A stretch of DNA of 59,826 nucleotides. It comes from an archaeon. GTDB lineage: Archaea > EX4484-52 > WAPT01. The position numbers and the translations under genes were made by a program. The notes beneath the pieces were generated by a model. The model worked only from the letters and a program-made list of their open reading frames with translations, was not told the DNA's origin and ran no database searches. The stretch lies in the NCBI GenBank assembly GCA_029258795.1, contig JAPDKB010000016.1, forward strand, positions 1-59,826, in the 5' to 3' direction. Shown one piece after another: positions 19,548-29,719 of this stretch. Numbering within the stretch: position 1 is the first letter of the stretch; each line of letters starts with the position of its first letter.

Positions 19548-19862
19548 ATGTGTGCATTCTACCTAACCGTAAGGAACAGTGTAAATGGTAATGTTGTCGC
19601 GGTTTGCGATAAAGAGCTTGTGGGTAAGAGGTATGAAGAGGGCGAGCTTGTGCTCGACCTCACCAGCAACTTTTTCTTTGAGGAAGGAAAAACTGAGGAA
19701 GTGGAGGATTTGGGTGTGATTGTGGATGCGATCAAAGATGCATTCACATCAAACATAGTCGGAAATAGGGTGGTGGGTGCTTTAATTGAGCGCGGTGTTC
19801 TTAAGGAGAGCGGAGTGAAGGTCATAGCTGGAATCAAATACGCTATGACGTTCAAAATATAA
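19548..19862 (+). CDS. DUF424 family protein
   Basis: VAVCDKELVGK..EG, NIVGNRVV; conserved position beside aIF-2beta/NMD3. Confidence 0.8.
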   Translation: MCAFYLTVRNSVNGNVVAVCDKELVGKRYEEGELVLDLTSNFFFEEGKTEEVEDLGVIVDAIKDAFTSNIVGNRVVGALIERGVLKESGVKVIAGIKYAMTFKI

Positions 19863-19886
19863 ACATCAGGTTGTATTTCTAATTTA

Positions 19887-20618
19887 ATGGCGAGAAGAAA
19901 AAAGCTGATCAGGGTCTGTGCAAAATGCGGAAAGGAGAGTAAGGATTTGGTTGATAATTTGTGTGAAAGTTGTAGAGCTGAAAGCCCAAAAAAGAATGCG
20001 TTGGAAAGAGTTCTCAAAGTCGGATGGTGTGAGTGTGGAAGTGTCAGTGTTGATGATAAGGAGGTGGGCGAGGTTTTCGATGTTGATGATCTGATAGCTC
20101 TTGTGGTGGGGAGTACCATAGAAAAAGAGCTGAAACCATCCGGAAAAATTGAGGCAGAGGTGGAAGAAATAAAGGAAAGGGAAAAAGGTACGTATCATGT
20201 TAAAGTGAGGGTCGGGCAGGAAATAATGGATCTTGTTCTTAAAATCAGAAGGGTTAAATGCGAGCGCTGCAGGTATTTGCTTGGTGGATATTACGAGGCA
20301 ACAATACAATTAAGAGGGGACGCATCCTTCGTGGATGAAATGGTCGATCTCTGCAAAAAAATTGTTGAGAAGGAAAGGAGAATGGATAAGAAATCTTTCA
20401 TAACGGATGTTGAGAACGTTAAAGGCGGGACTGACGTGAAAATAGGGTCAAAACGCGTAGCCAAGAAAATCGTGAGACACGCTAAAAAATATAAACCTGT
20501 CATCACAAAATATTCAAAAAAGCTTAAAACAGTGAAGGATGGAAAAAAAATTTACAGGTACACATTTTTGATAAGGGCTGATGAAAATGGGGAAAAAGGA
20601 GATAAAAAAAGAAAATGA
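19887..20618 (+). CDS. nmd3: NMD3-family large-subunit maturation protein
   Basis: CAKCG..LCESC, CERC..GGYYEATIQLRG, GTDVKIGS. Confidence 0.85.
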   Translation: MARRKKLIRVCAKCGKESKDLVDNLCESCRAESPKKNALERVLKVGWCECGSVSVDDKEVGEVFDVDDLIALVVGSTIEKELKPSGKIEAEVEEIKEREKGTYHVKVRVGQEIMDLVLKIRRVKCERCRYLLGGYYEATIQLRGDASFVDEMVDLCKKIVEKERRMDKKSFITDVENVKGGTDVKIGSKRVAKKIVRHAKKYKPVITKYSKKLKTVKDGKKIYRYTFLIRADENGEKGDKKRK

Positions 20619-20931
20619 AGTGTTGACAGACGAGGAAATTGAAAAGAAAGTTGTTTTGCCTAAAGGCAATCAGGTTTTGGGTGTGGTGGAGTCACGTCTG
20701 GGTTTCGGAAGGATGAATGTCATATGCTCAGACAAGAAGATACGGGTTTGCAGAGTGCCTGGAAGGTACAAAAGAAAGATATGGATCAGGGAGGGAGATG
20801 TGGTTATAGTTGAGCCGTGGCCGTATCAGGGTGAAAAGAAGGGAGACATAATTCACAAGTTCAGGCCGATAGAGGTTGATTGGTTGAGGAGGAAGGGCTA
20901 TTTGAAAGAACTGGAGGAGTTCATGGTTTGA
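20581..20931 (+). CDS. eif1a: Translation initiation factor aIF-1A
   Basis: GVVESRLG, CSDKKIRVCRVPG, WIREGDVVIVEPW. Confidence 0.95.
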   Translation: MKMGKKEIKKENEVLTDEEIEKKVVLPKGNQVLGVVESRLGFGRMNVICSDKKIRVCRVPGRYKRKIWIREGDVVIVEPWPYQGEKKGDIIHKFRPIEVDWLRRKGYLKELEEFMV

Positions 20932-21006
20932 GAAAAGTTTTCAGTTCGCTGTTTGTTTCTCTTTAAGAAGTCAAAATATATAAGGTGGTTCTGCGATGAA
21001 TAGAGT

Positions 21007-22620
21007 ATGGAACGCAAACATTTCCAAGGGTTGTTAGGGTGTGTGATTTTAATCATGTTAGTAGAACCTGTTGTTTACTCAGCAGCAAACACCACCCTCA
21101 TGTTCTGGAAAGGCGATCTCAATCTTCAGATCGATAAATCCGTGTATTCTTCCGGAGAGGTGTTAAACGCAAGAATTCACATTTCGAATGGTGAAAATTA
21201 CTCGATAACCGACGGCAAATTGGTTATAGAGATCGTAAAGGGATGTAATGAGCCTGCCTATCCAGCTCAGTTGTCTGATTGCGATAATGTGATCTATGAG
21301 GAGGTTTTAGAACACATCACATTACTACCTCTATCAAGCAGGGAAATATCGTGGAATTTCACCATTCCATCTTATTTTTCAGCGGGGGATTACAGATTGG
21401 ATGCTTTTTTCATCGCTAATCGCGCCCCTCTGAAAGGCATTCATTTCATATTTTTACCTGGAGAATGGACACGATTCAAAGTATCAAGTAGTGGAAATTA
21501 TCCTCTTCTCAAAATTTTGAGAACTAAAACTGAATTCGGGAGAGAGCTTGGCCAGGTGGCCGCACCAGTTAACAGCGGGGCGATGTTCAATGGTTCAGTG
21601 TGGATACAGGCGGAAAGTGCTGAAGCAATTGGCAAGAAATTTATATTGAAAATTGGTATCTGTAGCTGGGACGATACTGAATGTGAAGATTATGCCAAAA
21701 TATTACCATTCACCATGGATTCTCAATTGAAAGTTTTGAATGTGATGCTTCAAGCCCCCTCAAAGCCAGATGCGTACGCGATAAGAATAGAGGTTGTGGA
21801 TGAGAATGGGGTGTTACATTCTCTTTACAGGAGTAGAATAATTGTGACCGGTGTGACTGCAAAGATAAGAAAAGTGGGGATACTCTACCCGTTCCTAAAA
21901 CATGACGAAGTTAATGAAGTTTATGTGTTGGTGGGTACATCGCCAGACCATTACACAAATCCTGTGGTGCAGAATGTTGAATGCTCTGTAAAAATCACAA
22001 CAATAGATGGCGAGAAAATATATGAAGACAAAAGATTGATTCCAGAACTTTCCCCTACAAAGATATTTGAGCCACTTAAATTTAGAGTGAGTAGCGATAC
22101 CAAACTGGACGAATTTACCCTGTGTGTATATTTAAAATCCTCTTCTGAAGTGTATGACACTTATTGTTTTGATGTCAGAAAACAGGACTTCGAATATGTG
22201 AAAGACGTTAAGTACAGCGTTCAGAACGTTAAATATTATGAGAATGAATCGCTTTTGGAAGTTAAACTATGCGCCTTCAACGACATATTCGATGAACCTG
22301 TCCAGACAACAGCTATGGTGCAACTTTATTTATCCAACGGGTCGAAGATAGGTGGAATCGAGAAATCTGTAAATGGCTGTGCTACCCTTTCCTTTTCAAA
22401 TGTCGATGCAAAAAACGAGTGTGATTTGGTTGTTTATGATAAGATTTTCAAAAAACAGTATGTATTTAAGCTCATTCCAGAAAAGTATTCATCAAAAGAT
22501 GTAGAGAGTTTAGAAAAAATAAAAGAAAAAGAAAGCTCTAACAAAAGTGGTGTGACTAAAATAATCATTGTATTGTCCTGTGTGAGTGTTATTTTAATCC
22601 TAATACTTTCAAGAAGGTGA
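21007..22620 (+). CDS. Secreted, C-terminally membrane-anchored hypothetical protein
   Basis: N-terminal signal-like stretch, Ig-like beta-rich body with paired Cys, C-terminal TM helix ending RR. Confidence 0.7.
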   Translation: MERKHFQGLLGCVILIMLVEPVVYSAANTTLMFWKGDLNLQIDKSVYSSGEVLNARIHISNGENYSITDGKLVIEIVKGCNEPAYPAQLSDCDNVIYEEVLEHITLLPLSSREISWNFTIPSYFSAGDYRLDAFFIANRAPLKGIHFIFLPGEWTRFKVSSSGNYPLLKILRTKTEFGRELGQVAAPVNSGAMFNGSVWIQAESAEAIGKKFILKIGICSWDDTECEDYAKILPFTMDSQLKVLNVMLQAPSKPDAYAIRIEVVDENGVLHSLYRSRIIVTGVTAKIRKVGILYPFLKHDEVNEVYVLVGTSPDHYTNPVVQNVECSVKITTIDGEKIYEDKRLIPELSPTKIFEPLKFRVSSDTKLDEFTLCVYLKSSSEVYDTYCFDVRKQDFEYVKDVKYSVQNVKYYENESLLEVKLCAFNDIFDEPVQTTAMVQLYLSNGSKIGGIEKSVNGCATLSFSNVDAKNECDLVVYDKIFKKQYVFKLIPEKYSSKDVESLEKIKEKESSNKSGVTKIIIVLSCVSVILILILSRR

Positions 22621-25600
22621 GAATTATGAAAATACACAAAATAGGAAAGATTGTGTTTGTAATATTTACAGTTTTGTTAATTCTGAATGTAAAATCTCCC
22701 AGCACATTTGGCTGGTACAATACTGAGTGGAAGTTTAGGGTACCCATACAGGTGAATTATGCTGGAACTTCGATGGTGGAAAATTACCAACTAAAATTAA
22801 CGGTGGACTATTTGGACGGGATGAAATGCGATTTCTCGGACCTCATGTTTACGCAGGTTGTTAATGGGGTGGAAACCGAACTGCCGTACTTTGTTGAGTC
22901 CTATAACGAGTGTGAGAATGCCATAATATGGATCAAAATGTCGAAACTTAATGTGGGTAACAATATTGTTTACATGTATTTCGGAAATGAAAACGCTGCA
23001 TCAAAGAGCAATCCAGATTCCGTTTTCATTCTTTATGATGACTTCGAGGGTTCGAGTTTGGATACTGAGAAATGGGGAGTTTTTGACGTCACGGATGGGG
23101 ACATAATTTCTGTCTCGGAAGGATATTTAAGAATGATATATTCGGGGGGTGAGCTAATAGATGGTGCTGAAGCTCGAATATTCTCTAAAAAGAAATTAGA
23201 TATGAGCAAGGAATACATCATAGAATGGGAAGGTACATTCTACCATACTCCGGGATATAAGGGAATTGTGGTAGCATTCACCAACACAACCGGTTATCTC
23301 GGATTCGTATACTATGACACAGGTACGGGAAATTACAGGCACGATCTAAGGTTGGAAGTGAAGGGTAAACAATACAATGAAATTCTGTACGGGATTGCAG
23401 AGCCCATAAGCGGTGAATTTCAATTAATAAAAGGTAAGGACTTCTCCGAATGTGTGCTGCCAACAGGAGATAAAATACATAGCAACCATGTACTTACTGG
23501 AGAAGGAAAGGTTAGTTTATGGGTGGATTCGTGGGGCGACTATGGAGATAACATCGTAAACGCGAGCTGGGATTGGGTTCGTGTGAGAATGTATGCATAT
23601 CCAGAACCCACCTACTCGTTTGGAAATGTAGAGAAAAAATCAACAGGCGTGCCATGTACAAGCGATGATGAGTGCGAAAGCGGACATTGTGCTGTTGATT
23701 ACGATGAAGATGGGGCTTGGTGTATGCCTCCAACATCATGTGCGCATGATGGAACAGAATATAAAGATGGTGCGTATGCACCAGAATGTTATTCTTGGAA
23801 CAAAGCAATTAGATGTGTAGATGGTGAATGGAAGGTTACGTCTTGTGGGTTATTCCGGCTCTGTAAGAATGGCAAATGTGTCTGGAAGGATTCTGACGGG
23901 GATGGTGTGAGGGATAAGAATGATCAGTGCCCGAACACACCAAAGGGTTGTGAAGTCTATGATAATGGTTGTCCCAAAGCCCCATTCACATACTATATCA
24001 AAAATGATGTTTCCGCCTCTTGTCCTGGTTCGTCCATACCTGTGGATCCTGAGCATAAATGCCTGAGCACTGCACAAAACCCTACAATAAAATTCTACCT
24101 GAGGGATGGAAGCGGTAATCTCTATCCCGGAAATTCCGACCCTTACTGTGATCCGCTTCATGGAACTGAGGGGTGGCACGATGCGGAAGATGGTAGATAT
24201 TATTGTGAGTTCTCCATTCCTTCCACACTTCCTCCCGGCACTTACACGCTGATAGCAAAGTACGATCTTGGTGGTAGAACGTACCAAGATACCATAAAAA
24301 CAGGTTTTGTGGTAGAAAGCCAGTGCTCGCTGAATGTAAGATGCGGGCATGGAGGTCGTATGACAAGCACGCCCGCAGTGAGTGTTTCTCTTTCAGGCTG
24401 TAAGAATATTGGAGGAACGTACTACTGTAAAAGCGGGAGCTCCATCGATATTACCCAGATAAATACTGTGGTACCTCACTGCAGTAATGGTGCATGGGGC
24501 GGTTCAGTCACCCCGGGCATTCTTGCATGGGTTTATTCTGGTAATGTTATGGTAGCAGAAAAGGATAACAAATATGCTGGTTGTTCATTACCAAGTCCAT
24601 TTTCAAATCACCGAAAATACCTTTACAGTTTGACTGTAGGTTTCAGATGGCCGTGCAACATTGGGTGGGGTTCTGGTGCACAATCAAAAAGCATATACGG
24701 CGTGTACACTTTTCAGAACCCTGGACACTACACTCTCTACATTGACATGATAAATGCTGTGTGCGACTCTCCTGATTATATATGCCCCACTAAATCTACA
24801 TTGTGTGCTATTGGAAGCATGAGTAATGATTGGTGGGGGTTTGAAGAAATTGCCAGATATAACATCTATGTTATTGATCCTAAGGTCACATTCGTGTCTG
24901 TACCCAGCACGCCTCAAATCTTTGATGGAAAGGAAAAGCTTGAAATTACTTGGAAATTGAAGAATACAGGTGTTGGTAAAATCAATCTCGTTGTTACACC
25001 CCTATGCCCATCAGGATGGACGTGTGAGGTCTCACCACAGGAAATTAAAGGAATGACCGTGGGTCAAGAAGCGTATGTAACACTAAAACTGTATAACAAA
25101 AAACCAGCACAGCAAGTGAGCACAAAAGAGATGGAAGTGGGTATCAAAGTAAGGTATAGTGACGCTTACGGCCTTTCGATAACAAAAGAAGACTCAAGCA
25201 AAACAAGGATCGTTTTGGATAATAAGGCGCCAGAGGTAAGTTTGAGCGCTCCCGACGGATACGGATGGAGCGCATCGAGCTTACGCTTCAAGATAACTTG
25301 TGATGATAACCCTTACGATAGTGGATACGGCACTTATGGCGGATGTTCCAAAATATACTATCTTGTTGTGAATGAGAATGACGCATGTCCGCAAGATTTG
25401 AGCAGTTACAACACTCACACTTCAACTCCTCAAGAAGTTTTGAATTTTGAAGGTGAGGTTAGTTGTCCGTCAGGAAACGCTTGCAAAAAGAAAGTGTGCT
25501 TTGCAGGAGAAGATCGCTTCTCTCAGAGGTCTGAAATTCACGAAAGTGGTGTTTTCAAAATAGATAGGGAGCCTCCCGAACTAAGTAGCGAGTTTGTTCC

Positions 25601-26504
25601 AAATCCAGTGTTATCTTCAGTTCATTCAACCATAAAGACCTCCGAAGAACATTTCTATATCAAGGTTAAGTGTGATGATAAGGAAGGAAGCGGGTGCTCG
25701 CAAATCAGAGTTACATCTCCTTACTTACAGTGCGCACAGACTTCATGCAGTGATAGTTGTAGTGTAACCACGACATGCGAATCTCAACTTGAGTTCATAG
25801 CTCCTTATTGTGAAGTAGGAAAACATGAATACGAATACACAGCAATAGTAAAGGATGCTGTAGGTAATGAAAATTCTCGCACTTATTCATTACAAGTTAA
25901 ATGGAATGAAGGTTGTACGTGCTCTTCATCAGACGAGTGTTATCCGGGCTCATCCTGTCGCAGAGGTGTGTGTGGAGGTGGAGAAGACGACTCTGAAGAA
26001 ACTGGGGGAGACACAGGAACCTTCACCGGACATACCCACGTGGAAATAATATCTCCTCGAGTTAGTACTACCAGTGACGCATTCCTAATTCCCGTTGGAT
26101 CCACCTATCGCATCATTCTTTCTGTTAAAAATGAAGATATACTGCCAGAGACGTATGTAATTGAAATTAATTCCAATCCCAAGTATCCTTGGAGTACCTG
26201 GGTGTGTTTTGAAGGTAAGTGTGGTACTAATCAACCAAGGAAATATATTGTCACGTTGGAGAGGGGTGAAGAGGTCAGAATCCCATTTTTAATACATGCG
26301 TATCAACTCACCATAAACCCCGTTAACATTAACATCAGTTTAAATGGCATTGTGCTGGGCAGCGAAAACAACCTCAATCTTAAATTTAAAGTGGTTCCCG
26401 CTGAAACAGAGAGTGCGGAAGGTGGTGAGATGCCGGGCATCGGTGTTGTAAACCTCTTGGCAATATCCATTCTCGCTACTCTGTTCGTGGCTTTCCTTAT
26501 TTAA
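22617..26504 (+). CDS. Large Cys-rich cell-surface protein with DUF2341 domain, TSP3-like Ca-binding motif and C-terminal anchor (alternative start ATG 22626)
   Basis: WYNTEWKFRVPI...DFSDLMFT...ELPYFVE...IWIK...YMYFGN...YDDFE (DUF2341); DSDGDGVRDKNDQCPNTP; CTSDDEC/CSSSDEC modules; terminal MPGIG + hydrophobic helix. Confidence 0.8.
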   Translation: MRIMKIHKIGKIVFVIFTVLLILNVKSPSTFGWYNTEWKFRVPIQVNYAGTSMVENYQLKLTVDYLDGMKCDFSDLMFTQVVNGVETELPYFVESYNECENAIIWIKMSKLNVGNNIVYMYFGNENAASKSNPDSVFILYDDFEGSSLDTEKWGVFDVTDGDIISVSEGYLRMIYSGGELIDGAEARIFSKKKLDMSKEYIIEWEGTFYHTPGYKGIVVAFTNTTGYLGFVYYDTGTGNYRHDLRLEVKGKQYNEILYGIAEPISGEFQLIKGKDFSECVLPTGDKIHSNHVLTGEGKVSLWVDSWGDYGDNIVNASWDWVRVRMYAYPEPTYSFGNVEKKSTGVPCTSDDECESGHCAVDYDEDGAWCMPPTSCAHDGTEYKDGAYAPECYSWNKAIRCVDGEWKVTSCGLFRLCKNGKCVWKDSDGDGVRDKNDQCPNTPKGCEVYDNGCPKAPFTYYIKNDVSASCPGSSIPVDPEHKCLSTAQNPTIKFYLRDGSGNLYPGNSDPYCDPLHGTEGWHDAEDGRYYCEFSIPSTLPPGTYTLIAKYDLGGRTYQDTIKTGFVVESQCSLNVRCGHGGRMTSTPAVSVSLSGCKNIGGTYYCKSGSSIDITQINTVVPHCSNGAWGGSVTPGILAWVYSGNVMVAEKDNKYAGCSLPSPFSNHRKYLYSLTVGFRWPCNIGWGSGAQSKSIYGVYTFQNPGHYTLYIDMINAVCDSPDYICPTKSTLCAIGSMSNDWWGFEEIARYNIYVIDPKVTFVSVPSTPQIFDGKEKLEITWKLKNTGVGKINLVVTPLCPSGWTCEVSPQEIKGMTVGQEAYVTLKLYNKKPAQQVSTKEMEVGIKVRYSDAYGLSITKEDSSKTRIVLDNKAPEVSLSAPDGYGWSASSLRFKITCDDNPYDSGYGTYGGCSKIYYLVVNENDACPQDLSSYNTHTSTPQEVLNFEGEVSCPSGNACKKKVCFAGEDRFSQRSEIHESGVFKIDREPPELSSEFVPNPVLSSVHSTIKTSEEHFYIKVKCDDKEGSGCSQIRVTSPYLQCAQTSCSDSCSVTTTCESQLEFIAPYCEVGKHEYEYTAIVKDAVGNENSRTYSLQVKWNEGCTCSSSDECYPGSSCRRGVCGGGEDDSEETGGDTGTFTGHTHVEIISPRVSTTSDAFLIPVGSTYRIILSVKNEDILPETYVIEINSNPKYPWSTWVCFEGKCGTNQPRKYIVTLERGEEVRIPFLIHAYQLTINPVNINISLNGIVLGSENNLNLKFKVVPAETESAEGGEMPGIGVVNLLAISILATLFVAFLI

Positions 26505-26526
26505 ATTTCCACTCCAATAATCCTTC

Positions 26527-27267
26527 ATGCCTGAGTTCCGGGAAGAGAAGATATTTGATGAGAATGATTACAAGTACTTTTCAAAGGTCTTCGATTTCTT
26601 CACGCTTGACGCGATAAGAACTCTGGAAATCAGGCGGGTGATAAAGCGAGCTCTCGGAGTGATAAAGGAAGGAAAGGAGTCCGTCATAGTGCTGTGTGAA
26701 GGTCCGGAAGGGGACTATAGGATTTTGAAAATTTACAAGATAGAGACATCTGATTTCAAAAGGATGGAGGACTACATAGTTGGAGATGCACGCTTCAAGT
26801 CCGTAAGAAAGAAGAAGCGCGATCTTGTTTACCTGTGGTGCAGAAAGGAATTCTCAAACCTCAAGAAAGCGCAAAAAGCCAACGTCTCTGCTCCGGCTCC
26901 GCATGCCTTCATGAAGAACCTGCTTGTGATGGACTGTGTGATGGATGGAGATGAAATAGCAAGACCGCTGGATGAAATTGATAGGGAAGAGCTTGAGAAT
27001 CCGGAGGAGTTCTTCTGGATGGTGGTGGATGAGATGAAGAAGCTCTATAAGAAGGCAAAGCTGGTTCATGCAGACATAAGCGAGTTCAACATTCTGAAAA
27101 GCAATAACAAGCCTGTGCTGATCGATTTTGCTCAGGCCGTCATGCTGACACATCCCATGGCCGAGAGGTTTCTGAAGAGGGATGTAAGGAATCTCATAAG
27201 GTTCTTCAAGAAAGAGTACAGGATCAGTGTGGAAGAGCAGGAGGTGCTTCAATACATAAAAAATTGA
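26527..27267 (+). CDS. rio1: RIO1-family serine kinase/ATPase
   Basis: GKESV, KIYK, WCRKEFSNL, LVHADISEFNIL, IDFAQAV. Confidence 0.93.
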   Translation: MPEFREEKIFDENDYKYFSKVFDFFTLDAIRTLEIRRVIKRALGVIKEGKESVIVLCEGPEGDYRILKIYKIETSDFKRMEDYIVGDARFKSVRKKKRDLVYLWCRKEFSNLKKAQKANVSAPAPHAFMKNLLVMDCVMDGDEIARPLDEIDREELENPEEFFWMVVDEMKKLYKKAKLVHADISEFNILKSNNKPVLIDFAQAVMLTHPMAERFLKRDVRNLIRFFKKEYRISVEEQEVLQYIKN

Positions 27268-27286
27268 AGCATAATAAAGTTGTTGC

Positions 27287-27850
27287 ATGGTGGAAGAAGA
27301 ACGAGGTGATTCTCTCCAGCTGTTTGAGGAATTTCTGCGCATCCCTGAAGAGAGAGTGGCCGTACTCATAGGCAGGGGCGGGAAGGATAAAAAGGAGATA
27401 GAGAGGAAGTTGGAGTGTAAAATTGAGGTCAGTTCGGACGGAGAAGTCACAATTAGAGGAGCTGATCCATTAAACGTCATGAAAGCGAGAGAGATCGTGC
27501 TCGCCATTGCCAGAGGTTTCTCCCCGGAGAATGCTATGAAGCTTCTGGATTTGAGATTGATGCTTGAAATAATAAACCTTCAGGAACTGCTCGGCAGAAA
27601 CCCGAACAGGATAACCAGACAGAAAGCGAGGATAATAGGCACACACGGCAGCGTTAAGAAACAGATAGAGCACATGACCAACACGCTGATTTCGGTTTAT
27701 GGTAAAACTGTAGCGATAATAGGCCCACCTTCAAACGTTAGAGTGGCAAGGGAAGCGATCATCATGCTTGCGGAAGGAGCTAAGCACACCACCGTTTACA
27801 GCTTCATAAAAAGGAACGCCTATGCCATAGATGATTATCCCTTCAAGTAG
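27287..27850 (+). CDS. KH-domain pre-rRNA processing protein (Pno1/Dim2)
   Basis: RVAVLIGRGG, AIARGFSPE, ARIIGTHG, YGKTVAIIG, GAKHTTVY. Confidence 0.92.
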   Translation: MVEEERGDSLQLFEEFLRIPEERVAVLIGRGGKDKKEIERKLECKIEVSSDGEVTIRGADPLNVMKAREIVLAIARGFSPENAMKLLDLRLMLEIINLQELLGRNPNRITRQKARIIGTHGSVKKQIEHMTNTLISVYGKTVAIIGPPSNVRVAREAIIMLAEGAKHTTVYSFIKRNAYAIDDYPFK

Positions 27851-27913
27851 CGAATTTTTTATTAATGGGTTAGGACTAAACATTTAGTGTCCCCTTCTCT
27901 AAGGTGAGCTGAA

Positions 27914-29719
27914 ATGAGCGGCAGGGATTTTGCCAGGAAGCTTGCGGAAATGCAGAAAGAGATAAGCGTAGCTGAATTTTTCGAGAAGAACAGACATCTC
28001 CTTGGCTTCGAGAATCCGACCAAGGCCATGCTGACCTGCGTTAGAGAAGCGGTTGACAATGCTCTGGATGCGTGTGAGGAAGCCAAGATACTTCCGGAGA
28101 TTTATGTTGAGATTAAAGAACTGGATGATTCCAAGGAATACTATAAAATCGTGGTTGAGGACAACGGTCCGGGTATAATGAAGGACAAGGTGCCGCTCGT
28201 CTTTGGTAAGCTTCTCTTTGGCTCGAAGTTTCATCGGTTGAGACAGAGCAGAGGGCAGCAGGGTATAGGGATAAGCGGAGCCGTGCTCTATGCTCAGCTG
28301 ACAACGGGCAAGCCAGCCAAAATATACTCAAGGGTTGGGGACGGAAAGGTTCATGTTTTCGACATAATGATAGACACAAAGAAAAACGAGCCCAACGTGG
28401 TCAACTACATGGAGTTTGAGGGAGATGGTCATGGCGTGAGAATAGAGCTTGAAATAAAGGGTCGCTACACCAAGGGAAGGCAGTCCGTGCTCGAATATCT
28501 CAGGGCCGTTTCCATGATGAATCCGTTCGCAAGGATAGTTTTCCTTGGTCCGGATGGAAGGGAGATCGTGTTTGATAGAAAGGTGGAGGAGCTGCCTCCC
28601 GAAGCAAAGGAAATAAAGCCACACCCCCACGGCATAGAATTTGGGATGTTCCTCAGAATGCTGCAGGCAACGAAAGCAAAGAGTCTGGTTAACTTCTTCA
28701 TGAACGAGTTCTCAAGGATAGGGAAGGATACAGCCACGGATATCTGCACTCTTGCTGATATCGATCCATCAAGAAAACCTGTAAGCTTAACCATGGAGGA
28801 AGCGGAAAAAATATGGAATGTTATGCAGAACATGAAATTCTATGCACCACCGACAAACTGCCTCTCTCCGGTTGGTGCCGAAGCCATAGAGAAAAGCTTG
28901 AGAGTTGAGCTCAACCCGGAGTTTGTGGTGGCGGTAAGCAGAAAACCTGCTGTTTACAGAGGTAATCCCTTTCTGGTTGAGGTCGGCATAGCTTATGGTG
29001 GCGATTTAGATGCTGAAGGTCCTGTAACCATCTATCGCTATGCCAACAAGATGCCGCTGTTGTATGAGCAGTCAGCATGCGCCATAACCAAAGCCATAGC
29101 AGAGGTGGACTGGAGAAGATATGGGTTGAGCCAGCCGAACGGCAGCTTGCCTTACGGCCCATTGGCAATAGCGGTGCATTTCGCCTCCGTTTGGGTGCCG
29201 TACACCTCTGAAGGTAAGGAGGCCATAGCAGCTTATCCGGAAATCATGAAGGAGATAAAGCTCGGCCTGCAGGAAGCCGGCAGAAAGCTCGGCGCTTATC
29301 TTTCAGCAAAGAGAAAGGAGAGAATGAGGCAGAAGAGGATAAGCATATTCATGCGCTACTCTCCAGAGATAATCACAGCCGTAAAGCGTCTGTCCAATGT
29401 TGATGAAAAGGTTGTGGAAGAAGCGCTGATGAACCTGCTCAAATCAAGGGGGCTTTACCAGCAGGAGGATGCGGAAGTGGTAGCGGAGGATGTTGTGTAT
29501 GAAGCAGAGCAGGTTGAGGAAAAGGTAGAGAGAGTGGAGCATGCTCATGAAGAAACTAGCGCTTCGGGCGGCGATGCTGATGTGGAGATGATGAAATCCG
29601 AGGGCGCTGAAGAAAAGAAAATGGAGACTTTCGATGAGGGTGGAAGCGAGGAGAGAAGCGCGGATGAGAGCACGGATGAAAGCAACGCTTCCCTCAAAAG
29701 ATGGATGGTGATCGAATGA
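27914..29719 (+). CDS. top6B: DNA topoisomerase VI subunit B with long acidic C-terminal tail
   Basis: [44 protein letters not shown]. Confidence 0.97.
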   Translation: MSGRDFARKLAEMQKEISVAEFFEKNRHLLGFENPTKAMLTCVREAVDNALDACEEAKILPEIYVEIKELDDSKEYYKIVVEDNGPGIMKDKVPLVFGKLLFGSKFHRLRQSRGQQGIGISGAVLYAQLTTGKPAKIYSRVGDGKVHVFDIMIDTKKNEPNVVNYMEFEGDGHGVRIELEIKGRYTKGRQSVLEYLRAVSMMNPFARIVFLGPDGREIVFDRKVEELPPEAKEIKPHPHGIEFGMFLRMLQATKAKSLVNFFMNEFSRIGKDTATDICTLADIDPSRKPVSLTMEEAEKIWNVMQNMKFYAPPTNCLSPVGAEAIEKSLRVELNPEFVVAVSRKPAVYRGNPFLVEVGIAYGGDLDAEGPVTIYRYANKMPLLYEQSACAITKAIAEVDWRRYGLSQPNGSLPYGPLAIAVHFASVWVPYTSEGKEAIAAYPEIMKEIKLGLQEAGRKLGAYLSAKRKERMRQKRISIFMRYSPEIITAVKRLSNVDEKVVEEALMNLLKSRGLYQQEDAEVVAEDVVYEAEQVEEKVERVEHAHEETSASGGDADVEMMKSEGAEEKKMETFDEGGSEERSADESTDESNASLKRWMVIE

